Shown here piece by piece: positions 45,570 to 57,527 of a stretch of 64,000 nt of DNA. Origin of the DNA: Nemertoderma westbladi. Taxonomy: Eukaryota > Animalia > Xenacoelomorpha. The stretch covers positions 62,001 to 126,000 of the forward strand of contig JAUCBJ010006766.1 of assembly GCA_032718475.1 (NCBI GenBank). Reading direction: 5' to 3'. Under the pieces are notes generated by a model. The model was not told the origin of the DNA, did no database searches, and worked only from the letters and a program-made list of their open reading frames with translations. Each line of letters begins with the position of its first letter. Position 1 is the first letter of the stretch. Made by a program: the position numbers and the translations under genes.

Positions 45570-47717
45570 GTTGGTGGGATTATGACAATCTTCGTTCTTT
45601 TACGATGTTCTTTGAATTGAGTTTGATATTGAAAAATTTACCTTTTAAAAGATTCTGTGGAAAATAACTGCTGGTGAATTTCTACTGTCACCAGCAGGAA
45701 TAACTGCGCCAAGGATAACTTTGCCTTTATACATCGCACTAGAACACATCTGTGGCCCTGTTCGATTTTTCGAATGTTCGGGAAGGCCTTCAGAGATAGA
45801 GAATTCATAAAAACGGGCTTGGTGGGAGGCCACACCAGTTTGTCAACTTCATAAAAATCGCATTGTTTTCTCTCCGTAGGACCAACAAGTTTTACTAAAG
45901 CGTTCATGGCAACAGGTTGGTGCTTCCCACTCAGAGAATCACTTGGTATTGGTACTCTATGCTTTCTAATAAACTGGTGTTTGCATCTCGCTTCGATTAT
46001 AATTCATCCTTAATCACTATGCCATCTTAATTAAGCTAGGCTCCTTCTTAGCCGAAGTATAAATCGATAATTTATATATGTTCGCGCACATCCGTGAAGC
46101 AGTCGTACAAACTCCATCCCCCCGAACGGAGGATGAAATATTGCGCAATTCGTATTCAATTCAATTTTATTAAGTCAAACGGGTCGATGACTGAAGTTGT
46201 CTGGTCATTGCATGAATCGTCAAACTTAACTTTTCTGACATACTATTTTTATTTTACTGCAGTATACGACTATCACTCATGGATAAGAATAAAAAAAATT
46301 GTTTTAAAGTTAAAAAATAAAAGTTTAAAAAGTTTAAAAAAGTTAAAAAATCAAAAATTAGGAGTTGTAAAGCAGTTTTTTTATTAATTAGAAATGGAAA
46401 CATATTTAGAATTCAGTTTCACACAAACTACAACTTGTTAACATGGCATTTTTTAAATAGATAACAATATCATGTTTATTGCGCATCGCTATTATATCCA
46501 AGTCATCAGTGTGAATGTTAATGCTCTCACTTATATGTAATTTTGTTACAAGGGATCTATCTGCCAATAGTTCGGTTCATGCGCTTTTAAAGACATTTAG
46601 ACATTTAGGTTATATTTAGTATGAGTCTTAATTAGCAATGTGTATGATGTTTTAATTGTTAAGTTTTGGTGTTCATTTCTACAAGTGTACGATGCATATT
46701 GAGTGCCAAGTAAACCGTACCATTTACCTTAATATATAATTTATATGGGACCGATTAAACATTAATCATATTATTGCATACTTCTCTGGAAGAAAGTGTT
46801 CCCACTAATAAATTAAAATTCGGTCGGGTCCTTATTGGTTGATAATGTTATATTATTTGTTGCCTTGGCAACGATTATTTAAGGCTCACTGGGACATTTC
46901 CTACGCCCGGTAGCGTTATTTTAATTTAGTAGAAATGCGTGATGGGTAGCGAGGCAGGTAGATAGGTACACGGCTGGTACAGCGTCTACGAGAGACAACT
47001 ATTATTACGCAATTACTTTTTCTATGACTAATACGTATTAAAATGTTTCACATTTACGTTTTTAGCTATTAGTTTCTGTACCCATCTTTAAATGTTATCA
47101 ATAAGGTGATGGAATGACCGCAGGTTCACATGAATAACATATATGTATATGAATAATTTTTTTTATTTTGTTTTTAATCATTTATTTACTTTAAATAATA
47201 ATTTTAATAATACATATTATCAGAGGGGGGACTTTCGAGACAATAGAAATTCATCCCTCTCCAGGGAAAATCGACGCAAATAACAGCTGATTACTCTCAA
47301 AAATAAAACTGTATCCTGTTCTATTGACTTTCGTTTATTGCTTTGGTTATAATAACCTGTGTCCATATAATAAAATGTATATACACTTATAATATAGACT
47401 AGCCTTCTTTCTGAAGCATAAATTGAGAATTTTAATTTAACTAGTTGCAAAACTATAACTGCAATTTTTCTAATATATATATATTTTTTCTATAAACTGA
47501 GTCATATCTAACTAACCTTAAATTTGAACGATATACATGCACAGACAGTGCCTTTCGACTTTGGAATTTTACCTATATTTTTCAATTCAATGACTTTTCA
47601 AAATAAAGTTTTTGTTCTTATTGTTTCCGTACGTGCAAGTATACTACTCCCTAAATAAAATATATTAAACGATAATAATATATAACTAATAAATGGTTTG
47701 AAATATAAACTAAATTA

Positions 47718-50700
47718 ATGGAAGTCGAGGGAGTGAGACCCGCTTCATTTCCTTTGTCAAATCAGGTTAGTTTTAACTTATAAATTATAATTAGTCATTA
47801 ATGAAAAAATAAATCTTAAATGTAAACATAAAACTACAGATACTTCATCAGGAATGGACGGATGTGTTGCTAAGTAGTACCGGTAGGCCTATAGTTCATT
47901 CTTTTAGTAGAGCAGGTATTGGCATTGGCTCAAAGGTGCGAATGAGACGAAGGTGGTCATTAGGGGTACCGCTTATTTTGTTTAACTTAAACGTAATTTA
48001 ACTTTAACCTGTGATATTGACTCTTGGTTTATTGTTTTGGTTAGAATGGTCGCATTGCATTTTAGCACCTACCGAACTTGGAACGTGTATGTCTGACCTA
48101 GTCATTTTGGCAGTTTGTATCAATATCAGATAAGATTTTGCATTCGATATAATATCCTCATATCGGTTATTTTGCACATTTTTTTCCATTACATAAATGT
48201 ATCAACCCATTCCTCTTGTGAATGATCCTTCACATAGATTCGGCTAAACTTTGTGTGTAAAGGTATATTATTGGTAAGTATCGACACAGATGTTCTCCTC
48301 CAATTCCAATTGACAATAATTCCTTACTAGCCGCCAACCCCGCGGGATGCCGTTCTCAAAGACAAGATAGCGAGTGCCGTGGCGGATTACCTGCAGACCT
48401 TAAACCTGGAGCACGGGTCTCTGGACAGGAAACCCAAAAGTCGAGAAGTCCGCCAAATAGAATACCAGCCTGTTCGGGAACATCAACAGAGGCATGCAAG
48501 GAAGGGACACAGAGGTTGGTGACGTACCCTTAGGTTATACAGTATTATGTGTATGGTTTAGATAATGGTGGGAAGTTTATAGCTCAGTAAAGCCCCCGGA
48601 CAGTAGCCCCCGGACAGTAGCCCCCGGGCAGTAGCCCCCGGGCAGTAGCCTCCGGACAGTAACCCCCCGGACAGTAGCTCCACGGAGGCTACAGTCCGGG
48701 GGCTACTGCCTGGGGGCTACTGCCCGGGGGCTACTGCCCGGGGGATACTGCCCGGGGGCTACAGCCCGGGGGCTACTGCCCGGGGGCTACTGCCCGGGGG
48801 ATACTGTCCGGGGACTACTGCCCGGGGGCTACTGCCCGGGGGATACTGCCCGGGGGCTACTGCCCGGGGGCTACTGCCCGGGGGCTACTGCCCGGGGGCT
48901 ACTGCCCGGGGGCTACTGCCCGGGGGATACTGCCCGGGGGATACTGCCCGGGGGATACTGTCCGGGGACTACTGTCCGGGGGATGCTGTCCGGGGGATGC
49001 TGTCCGGGGGATGCTGTCCGGGGGCTACTGACCGAGGGGCAACTGTCCGGGGGTAACTGTAGGCGTAGGCTCCAGTCATGGGGGCTATAGATCGGGAGGT
49101 TTCTATCCTAACACTACTGGTGGGAATTATATTTATTATTAGTTAATTGCTTTTTTTAGGGTTGGGTGAAATTAAACCGGCTGGTGTCACCTACTACCCC
49201 CCACTGGAATGGCTTCCACCAATAGCGAATTACTTCAAAATAAAGAGACCAATCACACCAAACTTCCATTGGAGCGAATGGCCTGATAGACCAGCATCGT
49301 ACGTTAGGCCTACCATTTAAATAATTTTCATTAAAAAGCTTTCACATCAATAATATAACTAACTACTTATAAAGTACGGAGTCTTACATTTTGAACATTT
49401 ACTGTATATTTTTTAACAATGCTGACTAGACTGCTGGTGGATACGCCTTGACGTAAAGGAAAGCCCAACGTGGAAGAGTTGAGTTGAGGGTAGTTGCAAA
49501 ATTACGTACACCACTGTTAGTAATGTTCACTTAAGTAATGCTCGTTGTCACTAAAATTGAACCCTATATTCATATACTTATATATTTATTTAAAGTAATA
49601 CGACATGGGTAAAATTTTTAACAAATTAACCGGACAAATTATTGACGAAACAAATCATTAATTTACCTTTATGTATTTTGTATATTTATTGCAGATCCGT
49701 GGGTACTGAACAATATTTACCACCGCGTCCACATTCACGAGGTTAGCTAATTAAAATACAATTATTAACTTTGCTTTCTACTGCTCTGTAATACCATACT
49801 GTAGTTACAATATTTTAATTCATATAGTAAACACATACAGTACTTACTTTACATCACATATGGTGTGTAATATAGAACGCGCAACATAATAAATAAACTT
49901 GTAAATAGATTTTTACAGCATAGGATCGACTGGGTGTGTAAGAGAATGAATAAATTGATGTTCAAACCTGCTTGCAGTCCTGCTCATTAGCCGTGAGTGG
50001 AACAAACAACCCTATGTCACCACCACCCTAAGTATAAGGTGCCTCAAAACATACGGCTTGAAGAGATCTTTAAAGTTTCAAATAAAAACATCAATCATTT
50101 TTAAATAATAATCAAGGCAAAAGCAAATCTACAAGTTTCATGTGGACCACCAATTTGACTCTCGTGAGACGCCTCTTAAAGGATTAAGGCCTTGAATATG
50201 CAAATTATCTTGCGAAAGTCATCGGTGATACGGAGTTGTGGCGACGCAATTTTATCGATTAACCGGCATAGCATTCTTAATGCAACATGCCGATTATATA
50301 CATGGATAGATAGACCAGGATACCAATGGAATCCTGACGTACACGATTTAGGGTTACAAGTTAACCTCTAATAATATTCTAGCCTTATATCATGATGAAC
50401 CTTTCGGCTACAGTCATTTTGTCGAAAAACCGCCACCATTTTAGACCTACAATGTTGAAAACAATTGTTTCAATGATTAGAGTACCTGTCAAATCAACCG
50501 ATTACAATGGATATTTACAGCATTATAAATATGACTATATCAGTTCCCTTTTCGTTATTTTTTATATTTATTTAGCGCAATCTATAACACGGGAGTACGA
50601 AGGTAACGTTGAAATAGACGGGGAATTAGTGGACGGTGAAATCCTCGAAGAAACAGTTCGAGTACCTAGTCGGATTGGGTCTGCAAGACCGGAGTCCGCG

Positions 50701-51913
50701 TTGAGACCTGGTACAGGGGTCGTTAGGCCCGGAAGTGGGTTGGCTAGACCTGGGAGTGGGTTGGCTAGACCCACAAGTGGGGCCGCTAGACCCGGGAGTG
50801 GCGTTCGACCGCCTCAGAGAAGTGGAAGCAACCGAGAACTAAGAGATGGTAAGCAATTCAAACATAAAGTAGTCGGTAATAGAATAATTCATAATAACAA
50901 TACATTGGAAGTTAATGTCTGACCCATCGAAAATACGTTTATTGGTAAGAATTGAATGTGTAAAAGCTTTTGCGGATATAATCAGTCCCCCTGCCCGCAA
51001 AGTACCGTTGTAGGTGTTTTAACGGACATAAAAGTCATTCTTCTATATGTGTGCTTTGGCGGACATGGTAAGGCACAAAACCCGCAATGCGTCAAATTCT
51101 CTAGCACAGTGTAGCCTTGATGATTCAGATTACGACATCTAACAGCTGGTTGCTGGCATGGAAACGGCCGTTGGACACATGGTTCTTTGTTTCAGCTTAA
51201 CAGCCAATCAGAGCGATTTTTACTGTCGATGTGGAGATATTCTACAGATCGTGCTAGCAGTGTTCAGTCTTACGGTTTTTTCTTGATTATAGTTGTGTTG
51301 TTTCTATCTAGGCCAAGAACACCGGCTCTAGAGTCAATTCGTTTTCAGACTTTAGAAGAAACATTAGTAGGCTTAGATTATAGAACGTATAACTGTTATC
51401 AACCCAACCTTATTAACACAACTCATGCGGTACAATCTTACATACCAATCATATCATATCTTAACCTACCGTCTTAATGCTTTTTACTGTTGTTATTATT
51501 TGTATCAGTTGGTTGAATATTATTATTTGGAGAACATCTATAAAGAACCCAAATTTCCCAATTTTCTTGATACACTACAGGTTAGAGAGACAGGTTACAT
51601 ATAGCGATTGCGACTTATATTATCGTGGTTTGTAGTGAGTTTAATGCTATTTGATAGGCACTACATGAGTCAATTGCTGTTCTCTTTATATATGATAAAA
51701 TTCATTGACGGTCGGCAGATTAGTGTGCAGTATTGTGCGTTACCGGTAGTGTGCATGATTGTGGCTGATAACTAAGCATTTCCTAAAGAATGCGCCTCAT
51801 ACGTGAATCATAAGCCTTACAGTCTTACAGTTGTGTTTAGTATAAGTCATATCTCTGTTTACCTAGATAGAGCGCCACGTCCTAAAGGAACTGTTAATAT
51901 TTCCCGAAAGTGA
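47718..51913 (+). CDS. Uncharacterised multi-exon protein with RPGSG repeats (Pro/Arg/Ser-rich, probably disordered)
   Basis: Phase-consistent GT-AG exons 47718-47765, 47840-47935, (possibly 48238-48273), 48331-48514, 49160-49298, 49695-49741, 50576-50848, 51867-51913; internal exons are better supported than the first and last; no recognisable domain. Confidence 0.6.
48591..49058. repeat. 14-bp GC-rich repeat in two inverted blocks (foldback/MITE-like), intronic
   Basis: CAGTAGCCCCCGGA x~6 (48591-48685) facing TGCCCGGGGGCTAC x~25 (48693-49058). Confidence 0.85.
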
Positions 51914-52504
51914 ATAATATTGGTCAGAAATTATTTATTAACGATCAATCGAATAATCCAGTACGCTTACACTGCAATAATAAAATCTAAGCCCCATCCG
52001 AATCCAGTCTCCCGGGTATATCCAGCGGGTGAATGGACGCGCACTAGGCTGGCTTCGGCTAATGTTGTGTTTATTGGTATTAAATACTTGTCATTTACTA
52101 AAGTCTATTTATAAACCAAAAGACATATAAATTTTGGCAGGTTAAACTGCTTAAGGTCTTCAAAAGCGCGTACAATAACAGTTATTTTCTTTATTGCAGT
52201 AAGCAATAAAGTTGAAAGTACCGGTCGACCGGTAAACCTGAATCGGTACTGCTGTAGGTCCGTAGGCCTAACTGCCTGAACCGGTACTGCTGTAGGTCTG
52301 TAGGCCCAACTGTCCTAACCGGTACTTCCAGTATAAGTACATTAGTATTATTCGATTTGATAATTATATACCGGTAGGTCTCGATATTAAATCGGGGACG
52401 CCTGGTTTTTATTGGGATTTTACTTAGGTCTATTTCTGTCAGTTTTATTTCCTAGTAAGTTAATATTGAGCTGAAGACGTGTAAGTCTGCTCAGATTGTT
52501 CAGA

Positions 52505-53025
52505 TAATTGTAGGCCGGACTGTTGTCGGACTGTTGTTGGGTCTGGAGAAATTGCGGCGTGTGTAGAGTTTGTCTGATAAAGTGCCAGTAGGTAAGTTGG
52601 GGCAGCCAGAGCTGTAAGGTCAATCCCCTCTTAAAGAATAAGTCGTACTACCGTGTTAGAACGCATACTAACTAACCATTTTGGAATCTGCATATACTGT
52701 AGTTTATTTAGGCTTGATAGTAGTCTGCCAGCGCTTTAGCCTGTGTTTGTTTGTGTGGTCTGTTCAGGTACCGTAATAGTTATTACTCAGATATTTTGTA
52801 GGCTGGATTGTTGTCTAGCTATTATTAGGTCTGAAGAGATTGCTGCGTGTGTAGAGTTTGTCTGATAAAGTGCCAGTTAGTAAGTTGGGGCAGCCAGAGC
52901 TGTAAGGTCAATCCCCTCTTAAAGAATAAGTCGTACTACCGTGTTAGAACGCATACTAACTAACCATTTTGGAATCTGCACATACTGTAGTTTATTTAGG
53001 CTTGTGGTAGTCTGCCAGCGTTTGG
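52505..53025 (+). repeat. ~290-bp direct duplication in the retroelement 5' region
   Basis: GCGTGTGTAGAGTTTGTCTGATAAAGTGCCAG...TAGTCTGCCAGCG at ~52557-52733 and ~52845-53020. Confidence 0.85.
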
Positions 53026-54359
53026 TTTGTATTTTGTTTGAGTATTCTGTACGGGTAGCGTAATATTTATTATTCAGAGTTTATGCGATTATTCGCAACA
53101 TTCATGTCCCCAAGTTTATTCCTACAGTAATTGTGCTTGTTACACATACCGTTATAGTTAAATTAACCCCGGTACTACACGGGCTGCTTGGCGTAGGTAA
53201 AGACTGGTGACTTTGTGCTCCGGTCACTCCAGCAGATGCCGTTGTTCTTTTAACTGTTCAAGTATATTTAACTGCTAGTTATCTGTTTTAATAAGTACTT
53301 GTACCTAATTTAGGGTTTAGTGTACAGTGCTTTCCGAAAGTAATTAGTGTGTAGACAGTGTATTGTGTTGTAAAGTGGTTAATAGGCACGTTGGATCTGG
53401 TAGTCCGCGGTAATTAACTTCCAGGTAGGAACACTCCGTGATACATAACGTAGTACCTATAGCGATACGGCTATAGGTCGTCAGACGGTGGTATTTTTCC
53501 TATCTGGACAGCGCAATATATATTTACTACTACTTATTATTTTCAAATACCGTAGTATCCTGTCTGTTGTAATAACCAGAATTCTAACCCTTTGTTAGGC
53601 TGGTTTGTAGACTTCCTGTAAAATTACCCTAAAAATTCGTACGTGATATTTTTGTTATGTTTAGTTAGAGAATTAATCTCACCCGTATCGTACATAATTT
53701 GTAGTATTAAGTAACTTAGGTAAATTAGAATTATTTGTTTTAGTGTCCAACAAGTAGCACTTCACTGAGAGCGCACAGCTTCTGTGTAGTGACTCCCCCC
53801 AGAAATAATAACATTTATTTCAAATATTGACAAAACCCATTTTAAACGGGTATATATCTATTATAAATCAACTCAAACGATTTATCAATAGTAGGCCTGC
53901 CATACAACAACTAGGTCTCAATATCAGTTGGACTACTGCTTAAATAACGGTAATAAAGTAACTAAGTAACCTTTAAAATTCAGAAATTCAATTATTTAAA
54001 TAATTGATATACCGGTATTTACGATAGGCCTATTATCTTTACTTCTATAAATTTAGGCTGAAATTATACCGGTATTCTGTAATTAATTCTAGTCTAGAAT
54101 TATACTTATATACTATAAGTGTAGGCTGTATACCGGTATTCACGATAGGCCTATTATATATTTATATATATTTGTGTTAAAATTATATACTGGTACTCTG
54201 TGACAAACCTAGTTTACAATACTTATATATATTATAAGTGTATACCGGTATTCTAATATACTGTAATAAATTACCGGTACTAGGCCAACGGTCATACTGA
54301 ATTACTAGACTCGCTTTAACTGTAACTATAGCAGTAAGCATTCAACTGTATAGATAAAC

Positions 54360-57300
54360 ATGTCTGACACCCAGCAAAACCTGTCAGACAGTCTAATCGA
54401 TACAACCATCTGTGACACAGATAGGAGTGTGGAGCGATTAAGAAAGGGGTTCAGCTCACCTCCTACTGAAAGAAAGGTCATCCCTCCAGTAGTAGTATCA
54501 GACCCTAGGCTAATCCAACACCGTAGGTCTATCATCGGCACTCGGGCCCAAGTCAAACGGAACCAGGAAGCAGCTGTCCAACAGCAGCAACATCCTAGTC
54601 AAGAAACTTGTTCCCAGCGACCCGATAGCTCCAGTAGTTCGGATACTGTAGAGCTGACCCCCGAACGCGGAGTGCAGATGGCGGCTACAGCCTACTCGGA
54701 TCCCCTTCTCACCCTTCCTGCCGCAGTGCTAACTACTATATTGATTGCGGTGGAGGAACACCAAGTCGATTGGGCGAGAAGTGAGCGAGCGACCCACGAT
54801 AGTTATGCGGGATACGCCAGGGAAGAATTGATGTCTATTGTCGAGTCATAATGGAACTTTCCCGGACCCGGACTCCCGTTAGATTTGTCCGAAGCTACTT
54901 GGGAAGACATCCACAGGATGGGAGTGACTAAAGATACGATGGATCCAGCTGTTTGGAAGAGGTCAGCAGCAGGATATGTACAGGGATTCTTCGGCTCCTT
55001 AGAGCGATTAGAAGAACAACTGTTTCGACAACCCCAAGAACCTCAAGAGCAGGAAGAGCTGCTATATCAAGTACGCGAAAGAACCCTACGCATTAGGCTA
55101 ATCCTATCAGCCTTTGAGGAAACTTCCAAAAGAAGACAGGACACGTCGCTGCAAGTTGCTGTCAAGACTTGGTTCCAGCGGGTAGGTCTCAAAGTACAAG
55201 AAACGGTCCAGTGGAAATCCCAGCTGGCAGAGCGACCAACCTATGAAGAATCAACCGATGCCACTTTCTCTCAAGTGGAAAGCGAAGTGACAGCAGAGAG
55301 ACCGCGAACGAGAGACGCCATCGACATCTATCTGTCAGACTATCAACGTTTTTTAGGTGATGAAGAGTTGAGGAGACGACTGGCTGGACTTCGCCCCAAT
55401 AGTGAAGGAACCAAGCTTGTGTTGGACTCAATCGATGCAGAAATGTGGGCTGCAAACAAAGCTAAATTTGATGAAAAGCTCCGCCTCGCTAGAGTCCAAG
55501 AAGAACAAGTAAAGAAAAAACGTATAGAGGACAGAAAGGCAGTAGCAGCGGCAAAGGCGGCAGCGACAGTGGAAGAGGCAAAGGCGACAGTGGAAGAGGC
55601 AAAGGCGGCGGTGGAAGCAGCAAAAGCAACAGCAGCAATGGCATTGGCAGAAGCAGAACAGAGAGCGTCGGAAGAGACCACCCAACTGGAGTTGGAAAAT
55701 CTTCAAGAGACGCAAGACTGCATAAATAAACAGTTAACTGCTAGTCAAATGCAGATGATGAGTCGATCTACTCCCAAGCGCCAAGGATACACATCATCGG
55801 AGGAAGGCGAGACCACCGATCCTGAAGGCGGAGGAAATAGATCTCGTCTAAGCAGGCGTAGAAAAACATCTCATCGTCACAAATTGCCTGATTTGCCCCC
55901 AGCGGTTAGAAGACAACTAGCTAGCACAGACTTAGGTAGTACAGAACCCACAGACCAAATTATTAAGGTCAAAAGACTCCCTACCATAGTTGATGAGCCT
56001 GAAATAATTAGGCCTGTCGTTCCCAAAACCACTCCTGTGCTAGAGACCCCTGTACTTCCAGAGCTTAACTCTAAATTCCCTTTACACAGTACTACACTGC
56101 CTGTACCCGGTAGAACAGTCCATGAGAAAATTCCTGTCCTGGACTCTGAGAGAGAAATCAAAGATTTGTCTCCCGTTGTCCCGCGTCGGCCCGCTACAAT
56201 GTTGGCGACTCCCGCTTCGGTGGTCGAGTGGGTAGAGGAGGGACGGCGGGGGATGAATCTCCTGCTCGGACAGATGCAGGAGACTGTCCACCAACTTAAG
56301 GGAACAGTAAGGGAAAGTAGGGCAGAATTGCAAGAAGTGCAGCAAAGTATCGCGCTAGAACGCGACAAATTAGTCAATATACAAAAGGGTATACCAATAC
56401 CCCCAGTAACATTGTGTCAACCTGTTAGGTCTGAAGTATTACATGCGCAAGGTGTGGAGCCTACACGCATCTATACTGCTAGTGAAGTAGAAACTCCTAT
56501 AGCAAACCCTATTAAGGGTGATTATAAACCTGTTGTTAATGATATTCCCTATAGACCTGATAATGATCCGAGAAATTTATATACCGATAATTCGATATTA
56601 AATAACACGATGGCCCAAGAAAGCTTTACGCGTCAGATGGCTAGAACAGAAGCCCGCCAAGCGGTCAAAGTGGGAGAGATCGTCAAATTCAATGGAGATG
56701 AGATGAAATGGTTACCTTTCAATGAATATTACAAAGATAGCATACAGAACTCTGTACTATCTAACGGAGAGAAACTTAGATTCCTCATCAAGTGCTTGGA
56801 AGGACCTCCCAAGTTAATGGCGTTAAAGTTTATTGGACATCCAGATGGATTAAGACAAGTTTGGGATACACTAAACATCAGGTATGGTAATAGGACTAAC
56901 ATAGCTAGGTATTTGTATGCGAAATTAGTAGCGCCCCGAAAGTTCCTTAGCAGCGGGATTATAGAGTTTTCCGATGAGATTCAGGAGATCTGTAGACAGC
57001 TAGCTTGGTTAGGTAAGTCTCAGGAATATCAGAGTTCCATGGTTGTTGGAGCCGTAGCATCTACTTTGCCAAAGGGTGGAGTAGGGACAAAAAGGTTCTC
57101 TATGTGATGGACCAGCAACAAAGGGACCCTATCATGGCTGATCTCATGTCATTCTTAAATGGAGAGGTAAGGTTACAGCTCCTAAAGCAGTCCCGAGAGA
57201 AGACACCGGAAAATAAGGTGAGTGAAAAACCCGTTTCTAGGAGAAAGGTAACACCAGTTTGTTATACAGACGACGGCGAAAGCCAAACCTCATACGAGGA

Positions 57301-57511
57301 GAATAGTGGGAAAGACACCGAAAGATTTTATTATGTCAATAAAACAAGAAAAGACTTAAGTAAATCTAAGCCTCGAACCAGTGACAGGAGAGAACAGGTA
57401 ACAACAACTCCTCCTATGTCTCCTAAGAGAATTCATGGAAGAAAGCCTGAGGAAAGAACAAGTGTGCACAACACCGCACAGGTTAAAGTAAGTAACATCA
57501 AACCCAAATGA
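54360..57511 (+). pseudogene. gag: Bel/Pao gag-like ORF with an in-frame stop (54849-54851) and a frameshift (~57080-57105)
   Basis: ORFs 54360-54851 and 54885-57107 share a frame; Bel/Pao gag core motif VKFNGDEMKWLPF...KLRFLIKCLEG...VWDTLNIRYG; coiled-coil Ala/Glu/Lys-rich segment. Confidence 0.75.
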
Positions 57512-57527
57512 AATGAAATGAAATGAA

